Source of the DNA: Deltaproteobacteria bacterium
Lineage (GTDB): Bacteria > Desulfobacterota > Syntrophia > Syntrophales > UBA2210
Reading direction: 5' to 3'
DNA length: 64,000 nucleotides
Assembly: GCA_016933965.1 (NCBI GenBank)
Contig: JAFGTS010000013.1
Location: 24,063 to 88,062, forward strand
Of this stretch, positions 50,676-58,507 are shown piece after piece; position 1 is the first letter of the stretch, and each line of letters begins with the position of its first letter. The position numbers were made by a program, and so were the translations under genes. Below the pieces are notes generated by a model. The model had not been told where the DNA came from. It was given only the letters and a program-made list of their open reading frames with translations, and made no database searches.

Positions 50676-51499
50676 TGTTGAGCAAACGGATCATAATCTG
50701 CCTCGATGTCCGGGAAGGACGAACGACGAAAGGCATCAGGTTCAAGGACAATGTCGATATCGGTGATCCCGTCGCCATGGCCCGCGAGTATTACGAGCAG
50801 GGCGTTGACGAGCTGGTATTTTACGACATTACGGCGTCATCGGACAAACGGGATATCCTCATCGATGTGGTTGCGCAGGTCGCGCGGAACATATTCATTC
50901 CCTTTTCCGTCGGCGGCGGGGTGCGGACCCTCGATGACATGCACCGCGTCCTTGACGCCGGTGCCGAAAAGATCAGTGTGAACACGGCGGCTGTTCAGAA
51001 TCCGGAACTTATCTCCGAGGGTGCCCGTATCTTCGGGAGCCAGTGCATCGTTCTCGGCATGGACGCCAAAAAGGTGGAGCGGACCGGCGCGATCCCCTCG
51101 GGATATGAGATCTGGATCGACGGTGGAAGGACCCCGACGGGTATCGATGCCCTTGCCTGGGCGAAACACGCCCAGGAAGCGGGAGCGGGCGAGGTCTGCC
51201 TCAATTCGATCGATGCCGACGGGACCAACGAGGGGTATGAACTCACGCTGACGGCCTTGATGTCGAGCTCGCTTTCCATTCCCATCATTGCCTCCGGCGG
51301 TGCCGGAAAACCGGAACATCTCAGGGATGTCTTTACCGGGGGCCGTGCCGATGCGGCCCTGATTGCTTCCATGGTGCACTACCGGCACTACCGGGTCGGC
51401 GAGATAAAATCCTACCTTCATGAACAGGGGATCCCCATTCGTGTCACACGCGACGTATCCTTTGCCGGTACCGGCGACCTCTCAAATAGCGAAGGATGA
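50675..51499 (+). CDS. hisF: Imidazole glycerol phosphate synthase cyclase subunit HisF. The ATG overlaps the hisH TGA.
   Basis: [12 protein letters not shown]…[10 protein letters not shown]…[10 protein letters not shown]…IASGGAGK is collinear with E. coli HisF. Confidence 0.85.
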   Translation: MLSKRIIICLDVREGRTTKGIRFKDNVDIGDPVAMAREYYEQGVDELVFYDITASSDKRDILIDVVAQVARNIFIPFSVGGGVRTLDDMHRVLDAGAEKISVNTAAVQNPELISEGARIFGSQCIVLGMDAKKVERTGAIPSGYEIWIDGGRTPTGIDALAWAKHAQEAGAGEVCLNSIDADGTNEGYELTLTALMSSSLSIPIIASGGAGKPEHLRDVFTGGRADAALIASMVHYRHYRVGEIKSYLHEQGIPIRVTRDVSFAGTGDLSNSEG

Positions 51500-51624
51500 C
51501 GCACAACGGAGCATGTGGATGTTTTGCGAAGCCGCCAATTATCGGTTCACATAAATACCTTTTTGTCGGATAATGAAAACACCCGTGTCTCGAAGACCGT
51601 AAAGAACGTTCAGGGAGGAATACC

Positions 51625-52953
51625 GTGCATGACTTCGACGTATTGATCATCGGGTCCGGCCCCGCCGGTCTCTTTGCGGCCCTGCAGCTGGAAAAGAAAG
51701 GGGCGGGCAGTATCGCCGTCTTTGATCGGAACAGCTATCCTGCCGGCGGTCTCCTGAACGACGGAAAGCTCAATTTCGATCACCGGGTGGGCATCGATAT
51801 CGATGGTCTCAAACTCGACCGGGACGAGGCGCTGCGGCTGATGAACGACGTAAAACAGATCTTCACGGCCTTTCCCCTGTGCCGCCAGGTCACCTTTCCC
51901 GACAGGGGCCGGAAGATAGAATCATTGAGGAAAACGGCCGGGGAGAACGGCGTCGATTTTATCGCTCCGGAACAATGGCACTGGGGGACCGACAACGGCA
52001 AAAAACTTGTTGATTATCTGCGGGGGCTCCTCGGAAAGACCAGCCTTTTCACCGCTACAGACGTGGAGGACATAGAGATCAAGGACGGACGGTACGTTCT
52101 TGCCTGCCGTCGCAAGGGGAAGATCATCCGGTACCGGGGAGCCGCGGTGGTGGCGGCGCCGGGAAGGGGTGGCGCGTACTGGTTCCGGGACGTGGCGAAA
52201 AGGATCGGCATAGACATCCAGTTCGGTCCCATCGACGTGGGGGTCCGCCTGGAACTGAACCGCAAATTCTACGATGCCGTGACCGATGCGGTCTACGATC
52301 CGAAATTTCTGTTCCGTACCCGGCGTCACGACGACCGAGTACGGACCTTCTGCACCAATCCCGGCGGCAGGGTCCGCGATGAGTTCTACGGTGACTTCCG
52401 GCTGATCAACGGAGACGCGCTCTGGAAGCGCAAGACGGAAAATACGAATTTTGCCCTTTTGAACACGGTTTCACTCACAAAGCCCTTTTCGGATACCACC
52501 GAATTCGGACAGATGATAGCCCGCCAGTTTCACCTCCTGGGCGGGGGCCGGCCCATCGTTCAGCGTGTCGGTGATTTTCGTGAGGGAAGGAGGAGCTCGC
52601 GGTCCCGGTTTGACAGTGAAACAAGCCACTTCAATGTCTGCCGTGCCACTTACAGGGCCGTGCCCGGCGATATCACCCTCGGCATGCCGGCCCGGATCAT
52701 CGATAATCTCTGGGAATCACTGAAAACGCTCGACAAGATCGTCCCCGGCATTCTCCATCCGTCGACGCTTCTCTATGCGCCGGAGATCAAGTTTTTCGAC
52801 ACCCGTTACCCGACGAGCCGCTTTCTGGAAACGAACCGTCCCGGTCTTTTCGTGGCCGGTGACGGGGCGGGAAAGAGCCGGGGGATCGTCGGCGCGGCCC
52901 TTTCAGGCATTCTCGCCGCCGAGGGGATCTCCCGGGGTGGATATTGCCTGTGA
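51625..52953 (+). CDS. FAD-dependent oxidoreductase (COG2509-like uncharacterised FAD-dependent dehydrogenase), GTG start
   Basis: DVLIIGSGPAGLFAALQL dinucleotide motif. gggagg RBS 6 nt upstream. Confidence 0.6.
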   Translation: MHDFDVLIIGSGPAGLFAALQLEKKGAGSIAVFDRNSYPAGGLLNDGKLNFDHRVGIDIDGLKLDRDEALRLMNDVKQIFTAFPLCRQVTFPDRGRKIESLRKTAGENGVDFIAPEQWHWGTDNGKKLVDYLRGLLGKTSLFTATDVEDIEIKDGRYVLACRRKGKIIRYRGAAVVAAPGRGGAYWFRDVAKRIGIDIQFGPIDVGVRLELNRKFYDAVTDAVYDPKFLFRTRRHDDRVRTFCTNPGGRVRDEFYGDFRLINGDALWKRKTENTNFALLNTVSLTKPFSDTTEFGQMIARQFHLLGGGRPIVQRVGDFREGRRSSRSRFDSETSHFNVCRATYRAVPGDITLGMPARIIDNLWESLKTLDKIVPGILHPSTLLYAPEIKFFDTRYPTSRFLETNRPGLFVAGDGAGKSRGIVGAALSGILAAEGISRGGYCL

Positions 52954-52992
52954 GCAGAATGGATATCCCATCACCGGTATGGAGCTGAGTTC

Positions 52993-53970
52993 ATGATCCC
53001 CATTCGAGACACGGTCCCCACGAAACACTACCCCCTTGTCAACGTCACCCTCATCGTCATCAATGTCGTCGTTTTTCTTCTGGAACCGTCCCGTCTCGCG
53101 GACCTTCAGGAATTCGTCTTCCATTACGGACTGGTGCCTGCCCGCTACACCGTTGAAGCCATTGCGGAGCGATACACCTTTTTCCAGCAGGCGTTCTCGC
53201 TCCTTTCCTTCATGTTCGTTCACGGGGGGTTCTGGCATCTTCTCGGGAACATGTGGTTTCTCTATATCTTCGGCGACAACGTCGAAGACCGCCTCGGCCC
53301 TCTGCGCTACCTGGGTTTCTACCTGCTCTGCGGGATCTCGTCGGGGCTCCTGCACGGGATTCTCAACCTGCACTCAACGGTTCCCACCGTCGGGGCGAGC
53401 GGTGCCATCGCCGGCGTCATGGGTGCCTATTTCATCCTGTATCCCCGGTCACGGGTGCTCACGTTCGTGCCGCTGATCATCATTCCCTATTTCTTCGAAA
53501 TACCGGCTGCCTTTTTCCTGGCCCTCTGGTTCGTCATACAGTTCGTCAGCGCCTTTTTCGGCGGGGCCATGGGAGGAGGAGGCGTTGCCTGGTGGGCTCA
53601 CGTGGGAGGCTTTGTCTTCGGTATCGTTCTCATACTGCTTTCCGGCGCGCGCTCAGGGGGATGGAAGGGGGATCCCCTGGGACGGGTCGTTACCCGGAGG
53701 AAGACACCGCGCCTGCATGTCGTCAGACCTTCGAGAGGAGGGAACGGCGGCCTTGACGTGTATGGAACGATCGTCATTACCCCCGCCGAGGCCCGGCGGG
53801 GAGCGAAGAAGCTGGTCAATATTCCCGCCGGCTTTCAGCGCCGGATATTCAACGTATCGATCCCGCCCGGTGTCGCAAGCGGTGTCACGCTCAGGCTCGC
53901 CGGCGCCGGGGGGAAGGACGAGGAGGGCCGCCGGGGAGACGCCTTTTTGAAGGTGACCGTGAGGGAATAA
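52993..53970 (+). CDS. Rhomboid-family intramembrane serine protease fused to a C-terminal DnaJ C-terminal-domain-like beta-sandwich
   Basis: Rhomboid motifs HLLGNMWFLYIFG, GASGAIAGVMGAYF (GxSG) and AHVGGFVFG (catalytic His). C-terminal DVYGTIVITPAEARRGAKKLVNIPAGFQRRIFNVSIPPGVASGVTLRLAGAG...GDAFLKVTV resembles DnaJ CTD II. Confidence 0.7.
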   Translation: MIPIRDTVPTKHYPLVNVTLIVINVVVFLLEPSRLADLQEFVFHYGLVPARYTVEAIAERYTFFQQAFSLLSFMFVHGGFWHLLGNMWFLYIFGDNVEDRLGPLRYLGFYLLCGISSGLLHGILNLHSTVPTVGASGAIAGVMGAYFILYPRSRVLTFVPLIIIPYFFEIPAAFFLALWFVIQFVSAFFGGAMGGGGVAWWAHVGGFVFGIVLILLSGARSGGWKGDPLGRVVTRRKTPRLHVVRPSRGGNGGLDVYGTIVITPAEARRGAKKLVNIPAGFQRRIFNVSIPPGVASGVTLRLAGAGGKDEEGRRGDAFLKVTVRE

Positions 53971-54108
53971 GACCGGCCGCAGCAGAATGAGGAAGCCCGA
54001 CGACACTCTGAGCGTCCGTGTATGACAAAGCCAAAATTCCCTTGACTTTTCTTCGCTCTTTGACTATCGGTAACGCTTTAATAATATACCGATCTGACGG
54101 TTTCGTAT

Positions 54109-54182
54109 TGGGGGATCGTCTAGCGGTAGGACTCAGGTCTCTGGAATCTGCAACCCAGGTTCGAATCCTGGTCCCCCAGCCA
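54109..54182 (+). tRNA. tRNA-Gln (anticodon CUG)
   Basis: Manual cloverleaf. Acceptor TGGGGGA/TCCCCCA. Anticodon stem CAGGT/ATCTG with loop CTCTGGA (U33, CUG, R37). T-arm CCAGG-TTCGAAT-CCTGG. 3' GCCA encoded. Confidence 0.8.
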
Positions 54183-54189
54183 AAAACAT

Positions 54190-54264
54190 GGTCCCATCGT
54201 CTAGCGGTTAGGACGCTGGCCTCTCACGCCGGAAACCGGGGTTCGATTCCCCGTGGGACTACCA
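54190..54264 (+). tRNA. tRNA-Glu (anticodon CUC)
   Basis: Manual cloverleaf. Acceptor GGTCCCA/TGGGACT. Anticodon stem CTGGC/GCCGG with loop CTCTCAC. T-arm CGGGG-TTCGATT-CCCCG. 3' ACCA encoded. Confidence 0.8.
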
Positions 54265-54401
54265 GTAGAAACAAGGGGTTAGCAAGGTAAAAGCTGGCCC
54301 CTTTCGTTTTTAAAAATTCCAACCATATTTCCAACCTCTGAAACATACTTTACCTTATTTGTACTTTTCTTACTTGCTGCCACTTTCTTACACGGGACTT
54401 A

Positions 54402-54758
54402 TCAATTACCGTTGAATGGATATTCCAATACGATTATTTTTTCCTGGTCATCAACGTTTTGTTTGACGGGGCATGTCAGCTTGATGTGCCATGAAATTCC
54501 TTGGTCGCTGATTTCCCAGTTTTCCAGATCGAATCGCATTTTCTTAAGACGGGGCAGACGTGAGAGATCTGCGAGGATCGCTTTTACTTCCTGGGCTGTA
54601 AAGTCGCTTCCTATGAGTTTGCGGAGAACACCGCGGATAGTGGCTGAATTCTGTGTGCAGGTGTAAAAGATGATGGAAAGGTCAGCCATGTGCCTGACAA
54701 ATACCGTTTTTACCAGCCGATAAAGTTCCTGACGCCGATACATCGATTCCATCGACAT
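54402..54758 (-). CDS. Hypothetical protein (118 aa) in a low-GC segment downstream of the tRNA pair
   Basis: ORF only. AT-rich codon usage unlike flanking genes. No motif recognised. Confidence 0.3.
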   Translation of the reverse strand: MSMESMYRRQELYRLVKTVFVRHMADLSIIFYTCTQNSATIRGVLRKLIGSDFTAQEVKAILADLSRLPRLKKMRFDLENWEISDQGISWHIKLTCPVKQNVDDQEKIIVLEYPFNGN

Positions 54759-54972
54759 TCACCTACCTCATACATAATTGTACATAATGCATTTCTTCAT
54801 ATTATTCAAGTGAATCGTCCCCGATACCTGAACCACATGTTAGGTTAGGGTTTTTCATTTTGAGGGCTCCCCGATTCTTGGACCATTTTCGTGGGGGCGG
54901 ATCACGGTCAATAACTGACCAAAACCGAACCCCTGATGAAATAAAAAATAGAGCGAACGTTCGATATTTTTA

Positions 54973-55001
54973 TTGACACGTGAAAATTTGCCGCGTATGA
55001 T
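54973..55001 (+). promoter_or_regulatory. Consensus sigma-70 promoter (TTGACA-17 bp-TATGAT), about 360 bp upstream of the acyl-CoA synthetase gene
   Basis: Perfect -35 TTGACA (54973-54978), 17-bp spacer, near-perfect -10 TATGAT (54996-55001). Confidence 0.5.
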
Positions 55002-55363
55002 GCCTCTGGTTTTACTCATTACTTCAATCCGGAAAAAAACATTAATATTGCATAACATCTTGATATTGTGGAAGTACAAACCATGTCTCATCGTTTCTGA
55101 TTTGGCTCTTAAGCGATTGTTTCTGATGTCTGTACCGGCTGGCCTTTCGAAGGGATGCCGTTTAGTTTATCCAAGGAAAACAGTAACTGTAAAAATTTTG
55201 ACATCTCACCACAACTGTGAGGAATGGTCAGCTGGTCGCTTGGTTGATCATCTAAAAGGGGATTCGATGCGAACCTTCAGCAACCGGCTGGATGTGGCCG
55301 GTCCATACCGGAGCGGAGGTGTTCGCATGGATGTAATGTACAATCATAAAAAGGAGGGGAAAA

Positions 55364-57043
55364 ATGTCGGGGAAAAAGAGTTCTATGAATGTAAAACCAC
55401 CTTTACAATGGCCTAAATCAGGCGTCATCACGGTGAATTACGAGGGTGAGATTCAGGATGCATGGGCGTGCAGATACGGGAATCTTACCGAGATCATGAA
55501 GGCCGGGGTCGCAAAATACGGTGACAAAGAAATGTGGTATTTCCCGGATTTCGGCATTCGGTGGTCTTTCAATGAGTTCGATGAAGTTGTGAATAACGTC
55601 GCCTGTTGTCTGAACGATGACTATGGCATCCGCAAAGGGGACCGGGTCGCCCTGATGATGACGAATGTTCCCGAGGCATTCGTGAGCTATCTGGCGTTAT
55701 CGCAGATCGGAGCCATTTCGGTGATAATCAATGCACGGCTGGCGCCTGAAGAAGCGGAACGTCAGTTTATGGATTCCGGCTGTATCGCCGCCGTCATAGA
55801 GACAGGTCTCTGGGAGAGCATCCAGAAGGTGATCACTTCCACACCGGAGATCAAACATGTGTTCGTAACGGGAGACGAGGCGCGCGGCCAGGCAAAACCG
55901 TTCGTGGAATTGATGAAAAAGAAGGCCTCAAGAGAACTGCTGGTCGATGTGAGTGAGCGGGACATATGCAGCATCATTTATACTTCCGGCACGACGGGCA
56001 AACCTAAGGGCACAATAATCCTGCACCGCGCATTGGTTAATAATGCCATGAATTCGATGAGTGTCGCCGAAGGAGTATTCCATGCACATCCTGATGAATG
56101 GAGACAACTGGTCGTGACTCCCTTCTTTCACGTGACCACGCTGCATACATTGATCAATTTCACCTTGATGGGCACCAGTTCGGTCGTGATATCCACGTTT
56201 AAACCCAAAGAGGCCTTGGACCTCGTGATAGACGAGGGGATAAACTTCATGGTGATCGTGACGGCGATGTTCTGGATCTTCCGTTTACAGCCGCGATATG
56301 CGGAGCTGGTAAAGGCCAACAATCTAAAATATATTCTGCAGGGAGGATCTCCGATGCCTCCGGAAATGTTTAAAGAACTGTTCAAGGATTTTCCAGACGC
56401 GACGATCGGGAACGGATATGGTTTTACTGAAGGGGCATCGCTCGGATGGTTCATGTCCCTGTCGGGAGACTGGGATACATTGATTAAAAAGGCGGGGAGT
56501 GTGGGAGGAGTCGCAGGAAACAGCCTTCTGAGGATCGTGGACGAAAACCTGAACGATGTACCTCGAGGGCAGACCGGTGAGATATTGGCTTCCAGTCCCG
56601 GCATCAGCCCCGGTTACTGGAATCTGCCTGAAGAAACGGCGAAGAGCTTCATTACCGGGGATGACGGAAGAAGATGGTTCCGTACCGGAGATCTTGGCTA
56701 TATTGACGACGACGGGTATACCTTCCTGGTGGACCGTGCAAAAGACATGATATGCCGCGGCGGAGAGAATGTCTATTGCGTGGAACTTGAGAATCTCATC
56801 AGCCAGCACAGCAAGGTTTTGGAAGTCGGCGTGGTGGGCGTAGCGGACAACGTATTGGGTGAAAAGATCAAAGCCGTGATCTTTCCGATTCCGGGGGAAC
56901 AGGTTACCGAGGAGGAAATAAAAGATTTCTGCAGAGGGCGAATAGCTGATTATAAAGTGCCTGACTATGTCGTCTTCATCAATCAGATGCTTCCCAAGAA
57001 CCCGGGTGGAAAACTGATAAAGAAAGAACTCAAGGAAATGTGA
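55364..57043 (+). CDS. Acyl-CoA synthetase (AMP-binding superfamily, medium/long-chain type)
   Basis: YTSGTTGKPKG A3 motif. YGFTE motif. GWFRTGDLGYIDDDGYTFLVDRAKDMI A8 region. RBS aaaaaggagggg. Confidence 0.8.
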   Translation: MSGKKSSMNVKPPLQWPKSGVITVNYEGEIQDAWACRYGNLTEIMKAGVAKYGDKEMWYFPDFGIRWSFNEFDEVVNNVACCLNDDYGIRKGDRVALMMTNVPEAFVSYLALSQIGAISVIINARLAPEEAERQFMDSGCIAAVIETGLWESIQKVITSTPEIKHVFVTGDEARGQAKPFVELMKKKASRELLVDVSERDICSIIYTSGTTGKPKGTIILHRALVNNAMNSMSVAEGVFHAHPDEWRQLVVTPFFHVTTLHTLINFTLMGTSSVVISTFKPKEALDLVIDEGINFMVIVTAMFWIFRLQPRYAELVKANNLKYILQGGSPMPPEMFKELFKDFPDATIGNGYGFTEGASLGWFMSLSGDWDTLIKKAGSVGGVAGNSLLRIVDENLNDVPRGQTGEILASSPGISPGYWNLPEETAKSFITGDDGRRWFRTGDLGYIDDDGYTFLVDRAKDMICRGGENVYCVELENLISQHSKVLEVGVVGVADNVLGEKIKAVIFPIPGEQVTEEEIKDFCRGRIADYKVPDYVVFINQMLPKNPGGKLIKKELKEM

Positions 57044-57064
57044 TACGGTAAAGGAAATCCATTC

Positions 57065-58156
57065 ATGGCGAAAGACAAGGAGATGTGGATGAATACGACT
57101 GACGAGGCAGTATCTGCACGAAAAGGAGAAGAACTCGATATCGGCGAGCTGAAGACCTTTTTGAAAGACTCTCTGCCGTCCATGAAGGGGGATGTTTCCC
57201 TCAAACAATTCCCCGGTGGACATTCAAACCTGACCTATCTCGTCAGGATCGGAGAGGAGGAATTGATCCTTCGAAGACCGCCGATCGGAAGAAAGGCCAA
57301 AACCGCTCATGACATGAATCGTGAGTACAGGATCCTCAATGCTTTGCGCGATGTGTTTCCCTGGTGCCCGACCCCGCTGGTGTACTCGGATGATGAATCC
57401 ATAATGGGCTGCCCCTTCTATCTGATGGAGCGTATCAAGGGGATGGTGATCAGAAAAAAACTTCCTGATGGAGTCACATTCAGCCCCGATCAGGCACGCG
57501 CATTGAACGAAAACATGATAGATGTTCACGTGCGGTTGCACTCCGTCGATTATAAAAAGATCGGCCTGGGAAATTTCGGGAAACCCGACGGGTATGTAAA
57601 ACGCCAGGTTGAAGGCTGGAGCGAACGCTATCGGCAGGCCCGCACCCCCGATGCTCCGGATTGTGAGGACATAATGACCTGGATACATGAGAACATGCCT
57701 TCCGATTCGGGCCGCGCGGCCATCATCCATAACGATTTCAAGCTTGATAACATGGTCGTGGACGTTGATGATCCCACCAGGATCGTCGGTGTGCTGGACT
57801 GGGAGATGTCGACCATCGGCGATCCGATCATGGATATCGGAAATATCCTGGCATACCAGGTCGAGGAAACCGATCCGCCCGACCTTAAAATGATGCGCTT
57901 CATGCCGGAGCCCATTGAGTTTGCATTGACCAGGAAAGAGCGGGTCGATCTCTACGAAAAGAAGTCCGGTTTATCATTCCACGATATCAACTTCTATTAC
58001 TGTTTCGGATTGTTCCGCCTGGCGGTGATCGCCCAGCAGATTTACTATCGGTATTACCACGGTCAGACGTCGGATAAACGGTTCGAGATGATGGTTGTGG
58101 GGGTCCAGATCCTGGAGCGGGCGGCCAAAAGGACGATCGAACAGGGATTCAAGTAA
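57065..58156 (+). CDS. Phosphotransferase-family kinase (aminoglycoside-phosphotransferase/APH-like fold; ACAD10/11 N-terminal kinase-domain-like)
   Basis: Catalytic loop IIHNDFKLDNMVV (Brenner HxDxxxxN motif). Mg-binding VLDWEM (DxE). Nucleotide-binding Lys region LRRPPIGRKAK. Confidence 0.75.
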   Translation: MAKDKEMWMNTTDEAVSARKGEELDIGELKTFLKDSLPSMKGDVSLKQFPGGHSNLTYLVRIGEEELILRRPPIGRKAKTAHDMNREYRILNALRDVFPWCPTPLVYSDDESIMGCPFYLMERIKGMVIRKKLPDGVTFSPDQARALNENMIDVHVRLHSVDYKKIGLGNFGKPDGYVKRQVEGWSERYRQARTPDAPDCEDIMTWIHENMPSDSGRAAIIHNDFKLDNMVVDVDDPTRIVGVLDWEMSTIGDPIMDIGNILAYQVEETDPPDLKMMRFMPEPIEFALTRKERVDLYEKKSGLSFHDINFYYCFGLFRLAVIAQQIYYRYYHGQTSDKRFEMMVVGVQILERAAKRTIEQGFK

Positions 58157-58507
58157 TAGACCGGGATTATCCGGGTGAACAGGGACACCACTTTATAAGA
58201 GATCACGTATACACGGGTTGTTTTCTCGCAGGGACGTATTACGGGAAAACAACCCGTCAGAACCCGGGGAACGTCGAGACGCTTTTATTTCATTGAAAGA
58301 ATGAATTGTTTTCCTTATACTCCACAATATTTCATCATTAATTTGAATTAAAATTAGGTTTATCTTCGAAAAAGCAGCTTTCGAAGCCTTGAACCCTCGA
58401 ACCCTCGAACCCTTTATGGTGTCACCCGTCGATTCATGACTGCTCTACCTGTCTTTACCAGGTCCTTGCTTGTTTAAAACAGGTTAAACCGTCAAGGAGA
58501 TACGTCG

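Noticed and set aside
54973-55416. 147-aa plus-strand ORF starting at the sigma-70 -35 element
   Set aside because: It would begin inside its own promoter. It has AT-rich leader sequence and no RBS. It overlaps the true start of the acyl-CoA synthetase in another frame.
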